Shown here: positions 20,711-29,772 of the stretch, piece by piece | Layout: each line of letters begins with the position of its first letter | Numbering within the stretch: the stretch's first letter is position 1 | Source: Candidatus Kerfeldbacteria bacterium | GTDB lineage: Bacteria; Patescibacteriota; Patescibacteriia; UBA10025; JAHIVO01 | Length of the DNA: 64,000 nt | Assembly: GCA_016214565.1 (NCBI GenBank) | Contig: JACROE010000002.1 | Coordinates: forward strand, 792,007 to 856,006 | Direction: 5' to 3' | Notes under the pieces: generated by a model | Databases searched by the model: none | Seen by the model: the letters and a program-made list of their open reading frames with translations, nothing else | What the model was told of the DNA's origin: nothing | Translations under genes and position numbers: made by a program

Positions 20711-21487
20711 CTAATCTTCGGTGTACCCTTTGCCGTTGCACGAAGGGCAGTCTCCACTACCGCCACACTTGTAGCAGTCGTCATCTGGCATGAATGCAGG
20801 ATGCCCATCGCCTTGGCATTCAGCGCATTTGCCGTCGCCGATGTCACCATGATGCAGATCATTGATTTCATCGTTGCAATCATCGCATTTAGCGATGCCA
20901 AGCGTTCTTCGCCATTTGTCATCGTCATCTACATCCTCCCTATCGCCGCTTGAGTCAGAAGAATGCAAACTCGATGAGCTAGAGCTTGGGGCTGAATAAT
21001 CACCTGAACTTGATGACCAATCAGATGAGCGTGATGATGGAGGCCTCGGTTTACTGATCGGCACAGCTTTAGGAGCAACGACGGCTGCTGCCGCCGCATG
21101 TTGTACTGCAGCTATTCGTACAGCTTCTTTCTGTTGCATCTCCCACTCTTTCCTTTTCCGCTCGTTTTCTGCCATTTTTTCACAAAACATAATAATGCCA
21201 ATAATGAATATAATAATCATTATCGCGAGCGCAATAGCTGCTAGTATTGAAGTAACAATTATAGCCCAAAGTATTTTAATACAGACGACAAATCCTATAT
21301 ACATTTCCCCCCAAAATGTATGAGCAGGCTGCGCTCTGTATTTTTTTGGGCACAGATCAGTGTCGGAAGAAAAGCCGAATACGCAACGTGCGTTTTCTGG
21401 ACCCCATCGTTCAACGGCAATAATAAAAACAGTAAAGCAAGCACCAAGCCAGATGAATCCGGATAGTATCCACATATACCAAGTCAT
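20711..21487 (-). CDS. Membrane protein with a Ser-rich linker and a C-terminal DnaJ-type CxxCxGxG zinc-finger cluster
   Basis: Two N-terminal TM helices, a coiled/charged segment, a poly-Ser tract, then CAECQGDG...CYKCGGSGDCPSCNGKG. Confidence 0.5.
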   Translation of the reverse strand: MTWYMWILSGFIWLGACFTVFIIAVERWGPENARCVFGFSSDTDLCPKKYRAQPAHTFWGEMYIGFVVCIKILWAIIVTSILAAIALAIMIIIFIIGIIMFCEKMAENERKRKEWEMQQKEAVRIAAVQHAAAAAVVAPKAVPISKPRPPSSRSSDWSSSSGDYSAPSSSSSSLHSSDSSGDREDVDDDDKWRRTLGIAKCDDCNDEINDLHHGDIGDGKCAECQGDGHPAFMPDDDCYKCGGSGDCPSCNGKGYTED

Positions 21488-21644
21488 GATATAGCTCCTT
21501 GTATTGTAAAGAACGTTTATGTATTCAAATCACCATACTTTTATTGAATCAATTTGTCAATGGGTTATGCGGGAAATTTTTTTAAGTCAGGTGGAGGAGT
21601 GAATCTTCACGATTTTTGGTATACTATATAGTGGGTTATATAGT

Positions 21645-23018
21645 TTGATTATTAACGTAACCACCATGGATGCTCAACAAAAAAAATCATTTTTCAAGCG
21701 GTTTTGGTGGATTGGCTTCCTAGGCATTGCCGCAATTGCAGTCGTTGTAATCGTAATGAATGGAAGTAAGTTTTCGAGTAATTCAGAGGCTATAAATAAA
21801 AAAGAAATTACGGAAAAACAAACAACGAAATCCAACAACACGTTGCAGTCAACTATCAACAAACCGTGCCCAGCTAACCTTTCGGGAATTTTGACGTATC
21901 CATTCATGGAATCAAAATACATTGCCGCTCTAACTCCATTGGGCAACATCAATCCCCCCGGACACACCTCGCCGGTCGATCATGTGTATTTTGCCACAAC
22001 GTATGAGGGTCGGATTCCGCTCTATGCTCCGGCCGATGCGGTGATAACGAGTATCCTCATTGATTCAGTTCAGGACGATCAAGGCACGTATACACCGACT
22101 GGCTATGTCATCTCATACACCGTGTGTGATGGTGTTGTGCTCGATTTTGCGGCTTATACTGACGTCATTCAGCCGATTAAAGATGCAATCGCGAATCTGT
22201 CCCCAAGCTGTACCTACGGGATCGAAAAAAGCGAACATGAGAAGGCAGGTGGTCAGTGTGGCTACCAGCTTTCGTATCCAGTGACTGCTGGTCAGGAAAT
22301 CGGCTGGGTTCAGGCAATTAAACGCTCGGAAGGTGAATTAAATTTGCCTTTTGAAATCTGGGCGGCTAATTACAATGAGCCTGCGCCAAGTCAGACAAAC
22401 TGGGAATACTACAATGATGATCGATACGCCCATATTATCTGTTTATTTGATTTATATACTGGCGATTTGAAAAAACAATATGAACAGAAGTTTGGCAGGT
22501 GGGAAACCGGGGACTATAAAGATCCTTTCACTGGCACGATTACGCCGAATCCTTCCGGCGGCATGTTTATCCCTCGCACTGTCGAACCGCTTTGCGGCCA
22601 GGTTGATCAGGATGTAACTGATACGATACAGGGCATGTGGTTTAGCCAAAAACCTGATAATAATGATAAAAGCGGCAACATAGCCGGAACCGGTCAAGGA
22701 TTGGCGATTGTCCACGACAATCTCAATCCGACACTTGGTGTCGTTTCAATTGGGGGAGAATTGACTGGCGCGCTTGACGGTAGCTTTCTTTTTGTTCCGG
22801 AGCACGAAGGAACCGTAAATCGTGAGCCGAGTGAAGTGACGGCCGATGGTAAAGTATATTGCTATGACACGCGATCCAAATCGTGGGGGGATCAGTCTAC
22901 GGCGGGTCAAAAAATTCTAGTACAACTCATTGATAGCCATCATCTCATCGCAGAAAATAAATCCGGTTCCTGCCTGGCGGAAGAAATTATCTCGACGCCC
23001 TATCAATTTGAACGGTAA
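21645..23018 (+). CDS. Hypothetical secreted or membrane-anchored protein (457 aa)
   Basis: N-terminal TM/signal (FWWIGFLGIAAIAVVVIVM); no recognisable catalytic motif. It lies downstream of a TTTGGTATACTAT promoter. Confidence 0.45.
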   Translation: MIINVTTMDAQQKKSFFKRFWWIGFLGIAAIAVVVIVMNGSKFSSNSEAINKKEITEKQTTKSNNTLQSTINKPCPANLSGILTYPFMESKYIAALTPLGNINPPGHTSPVDHVYFATTYEGRIPLYAPADAVITSILIDSVQDDQGTYTPTGYVISYTVCDGVVLDFAAYTDVIQPIKDAIANLSPSCTYGIEKSEHEKAGGQCGYQLSYPVTAGQEIGWVQAIKRSEGELNLPFEIWAANYNEPAPSQTNWEYYNDDRYAHIICLFDLYTGDLKKQYEQKFGRWETGDYKDPFTGTITPNPSGGMFIPRTVEPLCGQVDQDVTDTIQGMWFSQKPDNNDKSGNIAGTGQGLAIVHDNLNPTLGVVSIGGELTGALDGSFLFVPEHEGTVNREPSEVTADGKVYCYDTRSKSWGDQSTAGQKILVQLIDSHHLIAENKSGSCLAEEIISTPYQFER

Positions 23019-23128
23019 AATCTAATCGGAAATTCTAAAATATTTTTATTGACAGCTAACGGTAAGTTCCAGTATGCTGTCATAATCAAACGGCACATTT
23101 CAGTAAACATTTTTTCACGGAGGGACGC

Positions 23129-23464
23129 ATGAATAAGTCTCGGAAGGCGCTTTTGTTTGGGGCGGCGGGCTTAGTGCTCGGTTCCTATGGGGGATTCAAT
23201 TTTCATGTCATTGGCTTCGGGCCATTGCTTTTGTTTGGCGCAGTGTTCGTGCTTGGCTCTATCAAAGCGAGTGGGACGAATGGAATCGCCGATGCGGTGA
23301 TTTTTCTGGTAGCCATGGCGGTCGCGATCTATGTGCACCGCGAAGACTCACCGAAGATATTCCGCATCATTCTGATGATCATTGAAGGGGCTATCTACAG
23401 CACGATTTTGGCACAGATTTTTTTGAAGCGGCGCATTGGCTTCGAACATGTACGTATGGATTGA
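23129..23464 (+). CDS. Hypothetical small membrane protein
   Basis: Three hydrophobic helices; GGAGGG Shine-Dalgarno; followed by a hairpin plus T-run. Confidence 0.4.
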   Translation: MNKSRKALLFGAAGLVLGSYGGFNFHVIGFGPLLLFGAVFVLGSIKASGTNGIADAVIFLVAMAVAIYVHREDSPKIFRIILMIIEGAIYSTILAQIFLKRRIGFEHVRMD

Positions 23465-23583
23465 CGCTTCTGCGGCATCGTGTTACCAGTCATTCTCGTT
23501 TGAAGAGTGGCTGGTATTTTATTTTTGAAGATTGAATCGGATTAATTAATAAAAAAGAGCCTCATAGTGTAATTACGAGACTC

Positions 23584-24435
23584 TTATGCCACCAGCTCGA
23601 GCTGGTGGAGTATACGTCGTAACAGGTGATCGGCGCCAGTTTCGCGCATGACCATATGGCCAAACTGATGCATGATCATGGTGCTGTCTGGAGCGTATTT
23701 ACGAACTAAGGAGTGCTGGATCCGCAAGGGGACCACTTGATCATTTTTGCCTGCGACGATCAGGATTTGGCGCGAATGAATGTGCGGAACTCGCACTGTG
23801 TTCAAGATAATGGATTGAAGCACTCGTCCAATACGAGGCGGATCGACCTGCCGTAGGCTCTGGAGACCGTCAAGTTGGTCAAACAAATCATCCTGCCATC
23901 GCTGACGGATTGTCGGCGGAAGCTTACCTCTGACCCACGTGAGCGCCTCACGGTAAAGCTGACATTCATCAAGGTTGCGGTTTACCCCTCGCGTGAAGAG
24001 ATGTTTGAATATTTGGGGCGTGTATCGTGGCAGATGAGCCGTCCAATACCAGCCAATATTACGAATGCCAAATGGGGCAACGCTGGCGATAAGCACCACG
24101 GCGGGGATAGCGCGTTTTGACGCCACGACCTGGGCAATCAAACCACCGAGCGAATGTCCGCATAGAACCGGCACTACTCCGTATTCAGATTGAATACGAT
24201 CTAAAGCGTCATGGACGATTGCCACGTAGTCATTGATTGACAGGCTCGTCTTTCCGGTTGGGAAGTTGATGGACCACGATTGGTATCCATGGTCGGCGCA
24301 CTGCCGTGCCCATTCACCCCAAATCGTTGCATCATTCCACAGACCATGAATGAAGAATATGGATTTGTCGGATACGCTCCACTTGGCCGGAGCGTAGTGT
24401 AGCGTATAATTGGTTTTCACCACAGTACCCTCCAT
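23584..24435 (-). CDS. Alpha/beta-fold hydrolase
   Basis: Nucleophile elbow GHSLGG; followed on the minus strand by a hairpin plus T-run. Confidence 0.65.
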   Translation of the reverse strand: MEGTVVKTNYTLHYAPAKWSVSDKSIFFIHGLWNDATIWGEWARQCADHGYQSWSINFPTGKTSLSINDYVAIVHDALDRIQSEYGVVPVLCGHSLGGLIAQVVASKRAIPAVVLIASVAPFGIRNIGWYWTAHLPRYTPQIFKHLFTRGVNRNLDECQLYREALTWVRGKLPPTIRQRWQDDLFDQLDGLQSLRQVDPPRIGRVLQSIILNTVRVPHIHSRQILIVAGKNDQVVPLRIQHSLVRKYAPDSTMIMHQFGHMVMRETGADHLLRRILHQLELVA

Positions 24436-24599
24436 TATTTAAGATTTAAGGAACAAAACTATTTCACCCCACTATACTGTGTGTCATGATAATTGTAAAG
24501 TCTCGCTGGGCATCCGGGGAGTCGCGTGGGTTGACCAATATTTTACTTTACACAAATTATTGATATACTGAAGCTATAATTCATTAATCAAATAGTCCT

Positions 24600-25241
24600 A
24601 TGTCAGAAAAAGCAGTGCACATCGGCCAAGCCATTGGTTTTGGCTGGGCGTCGATTAAGAAAGATTTTTGGTATTTAATTGCGTTGTCGGTTATTGTCGC
24701 GGTTGTTAACGGATTTCCAAGCATGATTGACAATGATAATAATACACTTGGATTGCTGGGGCTGCTTTTGAGCGCTTGGATTACCAGTGGCATGCTCCGT
24801 ATTGTCATTGACTATGTTCGGGGCACTAAGCGTGAATTGACGGATGTGTTTACCCAGACAAAATATTTCTTGCGGGTGTTCCTTGGTATGATTTTCTTGG
24901 GGATTATTTTCGTTGTTGGCTTAGTTCTCTTTATTATTCCGGGCATTTACCTCGCTTTGAAATATTCATTTACCATGTATTTCATCGTGGATAAGGACAT
25001 GAGCATCACTGACGCGATGAAAGCGAGCGCGCACATGACAAGCGGAATCAAAGGGTCGTTATTTGGTTTAGCGATGGCGTCTTTCGGCGTTTTCATACTT
25101 GGCGCTATCGCCTTTGGTATCGGCATCTTTGTAGCTATACCGATCGTCTGGCTGGCATACGGGTATGTGTACAATAGTTTGTTGGCTTCAGTACCAGCGG
25201 CTCAGACGGTGGTCGCTTCAGCAACACCGGCGAAAAAGTAA
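24600..25241 (+). CDS. Hypothetical integral membrane protein (DUF975-like topology)
   Basis: Four or five TM helices; followed by a terminator hairpin at 25260–25296. Confidence 0.45.
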   Translation: MSEKAVHIGQAIGFGWASIKKDFWYLIALSVIVAVVNGFPSMIDNDNNTLGLLGLLLSAWITSGMLRIVIDYVRGTKRELTDVFTQTKYFLRVFLGMIFLGIIFVVGLVLFIIPGIYLALKYSFTMYFIVDKDMSITDAMKASAHMTSGIKGSLFGLAMASFGVFILGAIAFGIGIFVAIPIVWLAYGYVYNSLLASVPAAQTVVASATPAKK

Positions 25242-25386
25242 CCAGAATTTTTCAGATAGCCGCTGATACACGCATGTGTGTCAGCGGTTTTGGTTGTTCG
25301 TTGACAAAAAGAAGAAAACGCTATACGATAGGGCATCAAGAAATAGCTCTGTTAAATAATAATCTCTCGATAGCATGGAGGATAGT

Positions 25387-25551
25387 ATGAACATGTTTCA
25401 GTATCTTTGGGCGGATTTCATATCCCAGTGGCCGCGTGTCGACAAAATGGCTCTTAGCCTGGTCGTACTCCTGTTTCTCGGGATTGTCATCTTTCTTGCA
25501 TTCTTAGCAAAAAAGATTGACTCTTTGTTTGGTCGAGCAGTACTTGCCTGA
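25387..25551 (+). CDS. Unannotated 54-aa single-pass membrane protein
   Basis: GGAGGATAGT then ATG. It has one hydrophobic helix (LSLVVLLFLGIVIFLAFL) and its own terminator at 25582–25620. Confidence 0.4.
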   Translation: MNMFQYLWADFISQWPRVDKMALSLVVLLFLGIVIFLAFLAKKIDSLFGRAVLA

Positions 25552-25581
25552 CGCCTCACCGTATCCTCGTCAGATGAGTCA

Positions 25582-25620
25582 AAACCGCAACGTCACTTAA
25601 GTGGTACTGCGGTTTTTTTA
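25582..25620 (+). terminator. Rho-independent terminator
   Basis: Stem AAACCGCA/TGCGGTTT followed by TTTTTTTA. Confidence 0.65.
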
Positions 25621-25641
25621 TATACGGCTACAATACTTCAC

Positions 25642-25674
25642 ATACCTCAATCCGAAGATTTTTGGTATACTATA
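25642..25674 (+). promoter_or_regulatory. Promoter cassette copy A (extended -10 TTTGGTATACTAT)
   Basis: ATACCTCAATCCGAAGATTTTTGGTATACTATA, upstream of the GT2 gene. It is 33/34 nt identical to 26642–26674. Confidence 0.45.
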
Positions 25675-25689
25675 TGACTCGAACATTTT

Positions 25690-26595
25690 TTGCAAATGTT
25701 AGAAATGATTAGCCTTGTTATACCAACATATAATCGTCTTACTCGTTTACGTGACTGTCTACACTCAGTGACAAAGTTAGCACACACAGAGTATGAGATA
25801 TTGGTGGTCAATGACGGGTCGACTGATGGTACGAGAGCATACCTTGATAGTCTGACTGATCCACGCATCACGGTTATCCATCATGAAAAAAATCGTGGGC
25901 AATCTCAAGCGCGTACGAGCGGATTTTGCCAGGCTCGAGGAACTATCGTAGCGTTTACGGATGATGATTGCATTGTAGATAGCCACTGGCTCAATGAGCT
26001 TGAGTCAGCCGTGCGATTTGGATCATATGATTTTGTGTTTGGGGCAACGTTTTATGTCAACCAGCAGTATCAGGGCTATTTCCCCGAACGGTTAACCAGT
26101 AATGGCGGCGGCCGTTGGCCAGGTGGAGCAAATATTGCGTTTACTAAAAAGCTTTTGGATCGCATCGGATCTTTTGAAAGCACTTTTGATGAATATCATA
26201 ACGAGGACACCGAATTGGCAATCCGCGCGGTAGCCTCAGGTGCACGGTACGGGCGGGTGCCGCAAGCGCTTGTTTACCATCAGCCCGAAACTTGGACCAT
26301 CAGAAGCCTGCTGGCTTCATCAAAAAATCTGGCTGTTTGGCCAGTCTTAAAGAAAATGTATCCTATACACTATCTTGCTTTTGGCGGTCCGGCCCGATGG
26401 CGTGTCGTTGTCGAGCCGTCTGATTATATTAAAATTGCGTTACTGCCTTTACTCATTCCATTACTACTGGTGAGATATTGGTATCATGGTAAGCGAGGAC
26501 TGCTTATTTTTTTTACTAAATGGCCAGTCTGGATTCTGATGCGGCGGTGGCAGGTGATTAGACAGGCCATCAGACAGAGGGTCTTCATGGTTTAG
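25690..26595 (+). CDS. Glycosyltransferase family 2
   Basis: LVIPTYNRLTRL...VVNDGSTDGT...FTDDDC, i.e. DXD and other GT-A motifs. A TTG or internal ATG start is likely. Confidence 0.7.
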   Translation: MQMLEMISLVIPTYNRLTRLRDCLHSVTKLAHTEYEILVVNDGSTDGTRAYLDSLTDPRITVIHHEKNRGQSQARTSGFCQARGTIVAFTDDDCIVDSHWLNELESAVRFGSYDFVFGATFYVNQQYQGYFPERLTSNGGGRWPGGANIAFTKKLLDRIGSFESTFDEYHNEDTELAIRAVASGARYGRVPQALVYHQPETWTIRSLLASSKNLAVWPVLKKMYPIHYLAFGGPARWRVVVEPSDYIKIALLPLLIPLLLVRYWYHGKRGLLIFFTKWPVWILMRRWQVIRQAIRQRVFMV

Positions 26596-26641
26596 TCTGA
26601 TGAGTGGGTACTAGCTTGGATTAGAAATATTCGGTTAATTG

Positions 26642-26674
26642 ATACCTCAATCCGAAAATTTTTGGTATACTATA
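26642..26674 (+). promoter_or_regulatory. Promoter cassette copy B (extended -10 TTTGGTATACTAT); leaderless metG
   Basis: Near-identical to 25642–25674. TATACT at 26666–26671, with the metG ATG 9 nt downstream. Confidence 0.5.
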
Positions 26675-26680
26675 CATATT

Positions 26681-28111
26681 ATGGCACAGCGATTTTATGT
26701 AACAACACCTATTTATTACGTCAATGATAAGCCGCATATTGGGCATGCCTACACCACGATTGCGGCCGATGTTTTGGCGCGGTATTACCGGCTGCAGGGA
26801 GCTGAGGTGTTTTTTTTGACTGGTACTGATGAGCATGGCGACAAAGTAGCAGAAAGCGCGGAAAAGGCCGGTCAGTCAGTGCGGGCGTTTGTTGATCAGA
26901 ATGCCGGTGAATTTTCAAAAACGTTTGCTAATCTTGAGATTAGCCATGATATATTCATGCGGACGACGCTGAAGGAACACGAGGCTTCGGTGAAAATCTT
27001 CATGGAAAAATTGCATGCCAACGATGCCCTCTATCAGGGGACGTACGAGGGACTGTACTGCCGCGGGTGTGAGGACTTTTATACTGAGAAAGATTTGATC
27101 GACGGCCTGTGCCCGATTCACAAGAAAAAACCCGAAGTGGTAAAAGAGAAGAACTGGTTTTTCAAATTAACCCAATACCTTCCTGAAGTACAGCGCTTAA
27201 TTCAGGACGGGGTATTAGCCATCGAGCCAGACTCGCGCCGTAGCGAAGTATTGGGGTTATTCAAGCAAGGCTTGAAGGATTTTTCCGTGACCCGTGAGCG
27301 GGTCAAATGGGGGATTGATTTTCCAATTGATCCAAAGCAAAAAATTTACGTCTGGGTCGAAGCTTTGCAGAATTACATTTCCGCTATCGGTTATGGTATT
27401 AATCAGGATGAATTTGTGAAATGGTGGCCGGCAGATGTCCACTTGATGGCAAAGGATATCGTGAAGTTTCACGCCATTTATTGGCCAGCCATGTTGCTGG
27501 CAGCCGGGGAGGAATTGCCGAAGAAAATATTTGCGCACGGCTTCTTTAGCCTTAATGGGCAAAAAATGTCCAAGTCATTGGGCAACGTCATTGATCCTAA
27601 TGACTTGGTGACTCAATTTGGCGCAGATGCAACGCGGTATTTGTTGCTGTCGCAATTTCCTTTTGGTCAAGACGGTGACATCAAACAAGAATTATTTATT
27701 GAAAAATATAATGCTGACCTCGCCAACAACCTGGGCAATCTCGTGAGTCGGGTGTTAAATATGATTGAGCAGTATTGCGATGGTCGGATACCCCAGGATG
27801 TCATTTCACCAATATTCCTTGACGAAGTCGGTCTGCATATTGAACGGCTTGAATTTGACTTGGCATTGAAAAAAATGTGGTCCGCAATTGATGATGCTAA
27901 TCATATGATAGACGACCAAAAACCCTGGGTGCTGGCAAAAGATCCCGCCCAGCGCGAAGCACTGGAGTTGCTCTTGTCCCAGCTGGCACGATTTTTACTG
28001 GATCTGGTGAAGGTATTAGAGCCCTTCATGCCCAATGCCGCCGCGCAGATCGTGGGCGCATTTTCCGCGGAAAAAATCGTAAAAGGAGAACCATTATTTA
28101 AACGAAAATAG
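26681..28111 (+). CDS. metG: Methionine--tRNA ligase
   Basis: HIGH box (KPHIGHAYTT) and KMSKS (QKMSKSLGN); a CxxC knuckle is present. Confidence 0.85.
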   Translation: MAQRFYVTTPIYYVNDKPHIGHAYTTIAADVLARYYRLQGAEVFFLTGTDEHGDKVAESAEKAGQSVRAFVDQNAGEFSKTFANLEISHDIFMRTTLKEHEASVKIFMEKLHANDALYQGTYEGLYCRGCEDFYTEKDLIDGLCPIHKKKPEVVKEKNWFFKLTQYLPEVQRLIQDGVLAIEPDSRRSEVLGLFKQGLKDFSVTRERVKWGIDFPIDPKQKIYVWVEALQNYISAIGYGINQDEFVKWWPADVHLMAKDIVKFHAIYWPAMLLAAGEELPKKIFAHGFFSLNGQKMSKSLGNVIDPNDLVTQFGADATRYLLLSQFPFGQDGDIKQELFIEKYNADLANNLGNLVSRVLNMIEQYCDGRIPQDVISPIFLDEVGLHIERLEFDLALKKMWSAIDDANHMIDDQKPWVLAKDPAQREALELLLSQLARFLLDLVKVLEPFMPNAAAQIVGAFSAEKIVKGEPLFKRK

Positions 28112-28114
28112 TGT

Positions 28115-28621
28115 ATGGGCACACTTGATCTTATTATTCTTATCTTATTTCTCGGCTTTATTGGCTCTGGTTTTTGGTTTGGTTTTATTCACACGCTCGG
28201 AACAATTATCGGGGTAGTAGTAGGGGTGATTGCGGCGGGTCAATTATATGATGGTGTTTCATCTTTTTTTCAAATGTTTTTGTTGAAGCCGAATATTGCA
28301 GATCTGGTCGCCTTTGCCGTCATCTTTATTGCCACAAGCCAGCTGGTGGGTTGGGTAGCGAAAATGTTTGATAGCGGATTTAAGCTGGTGCGGCTATTTC
28401 CCTTCGTCAGTTCAGCTAACCGATTGGCCGGCGCCATGCTCGGATTTATCGAGGGAGCACTGGTCATTGGCGTTGTCTTATTTGTGGCGAGTAATTTTGA
28501 ACTATCGCCAAGCATTAACCAGGCAATCAGCGATTCCGTATTGGCCGGGCTGTTTATGACTATTGCCAGTATTTTGACTCCGCTGATTCCCGCCTCACTG
28601 AAGATTGAGGTCATTTCCTAG
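28115..28621 (+). CDS. cvpA: CvpA-family membrane protein
   Basis: CvpA-like N-terminus LDLIILILFLGFIGSGFWFGF and 4-TM topology. Confidence 0.6.
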   Translation: MGTLDLIILILFLGFIGSGFWFGFIHTLGTIIGVVVGVIAAGQLYDGVSSFFQMFLLKPNIADLVAFAVIFIATSQLVGWVAKMFDSGFKLVRLFPFVSSANRLAGAMLGFIEGALVIGVVLFVASNFELSPSINQAISDSVLAGLFMTIASILTPLIPASLKIEVIS

Positions 28622-28622
28622 C

Positions 28623-29465
28623 ATGTTGATAGATACCCATTGCCATTTGAATTTTGCTGCTTACCGTGATGACTTGGATGCGGTGATTCAGCGTACACGC
28701 GATGAACATGTGCGGGTAATTAATGTTGGTTCGCAGTATTCTACCAGCCAGCGCGCGGTCAAATTGGCAAAAGAGCATCCCGGACAAATGTTTGCGGCAG
28801 TCGGTCTGCATCCGATTCACCTTTTTGATATGGATGTGGATGAAGGTGAGGATTCATTTCATACCCGGCGAGAAGAATTTAAAACAGAGGACTATGCTGA
28901 GTTAGCCCAAGCTCCCGGCGTGGTGGCGATTGGGGAAATGGGAATTGATTATTATCATAAACCGACCGGCATTTCTGATGATGAATTTATTCAAAAGCAA
29001 AAATGGACTTTCATCAAAGCTATTCAACTCGCGCAGAAAATCAATAAACCAATTATTATTCATACGCGCGGCGCTAAGGCTGACCCTGCACGTGCATATG
29101 TAGATATGCTAGAGCTGATCACAGAAGCAAATTTTTCAAACGCCGTGGTGCATTGCTTTACGGAGGATTGGGTAATAGCAAAAAAGATATTAGATGCCGG
29201 TTTGATGATTTCTTTTACGGGTATTATTACTTTTCCGAAGACGCACAAGCTGGAGGAGGTGGTAAAGAAAACTCCATTGGATAGCATGATGGTAGAAACA
29301 GACTCGCCCTATTTGGCTCCACAGTTAGTGCGGGGGAAACGAAACGAACCGCGCTATGTGCGGTATGTGGTTGATCGGATTGCTCAGATCAAAGGGTTGT
29401 CGTACGAGGAGGTTGAGGTGCAGACGACGAAAAATGCCGAGACTTTTTTCAAACTTCCCGGCTAG
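28623..29465 (+). CDS. tatD: TatD-family metal-dependent hydrolase (DNase)
   Basis: MLIDTHCHLNF at the N-terminus; signature His and Asp residues throughout. Confidence 0.8.
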   Translation: MLIDTHCHLNFAAYRDDLDAVIQRTRDEHVRVINVGSQYSTSQRAVKLAKEHPGQMFAAVGLHPIHLFDMDVDEGEDSFHTRREEFKTEDYAELAQAPGVVAIGEMGIDYYHKPTGISDDEFIQKQKWTFIKAIQLAQKINKPIIIHTRGAKADPARAYVDMLELITEANFSNAVVHCFTEDWVIAKKILDAGLMISFTGIITFPKTHKLEEVVKKTPLDSMMVETDSPYLAPQLVRGKRNEPRYVRYVVDRIAQIKGLSYEEVEVQTTKNAETFFKLPG

Positions 29466-29585
29466 AGTAAAATATATTTAGATAAAGAGAAAGGTCGGAT
29501 ATGCATATGCATTCCGACCGTATATTTGTAGTGATGAAAGGGCGAATGAATTGGTGCTAAGGAGCGAAGGAAAGTGATAAAGGAA

Positions 29586-29644
29586 GGGGGTTTGTGTTGA
29601 TTTTGGTGTTGGGGGGTTGGGGGAGAAAGGAAGGGGGTTGGGGG
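29586..29644 (+). repeat. Cluster of five G5–G6 tracts (G-quadruplex-prone)
   Basis: GGGGG tracts at 29586, 29611, 29619, 29633 and 29640, within 60 nt. Intergenic, upstream of rmuC. Confidence 0.5.
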
Positions 29645-29772
29645 AAAGTATCTCTATTATAAACCCCTTATTTTTTAATGACAAGGACATACTTGTGGAT
29701 AACTATTATTAATAAAAGGCCGTCTAAGCCGCTGTTTTGCGCTTGCAGGGCGCCAATGCTACAATAGGCTAT

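Noticed and set aside
20669-20953. Plus-strand 94-aa ORF
   Set aside because: It lies entirely antisense within the 20711..21487 Cys-rich membrane protein gene, has no Shine-Dalgarno, and its low-complexity hydrophobic composition mirrors the sense gene.
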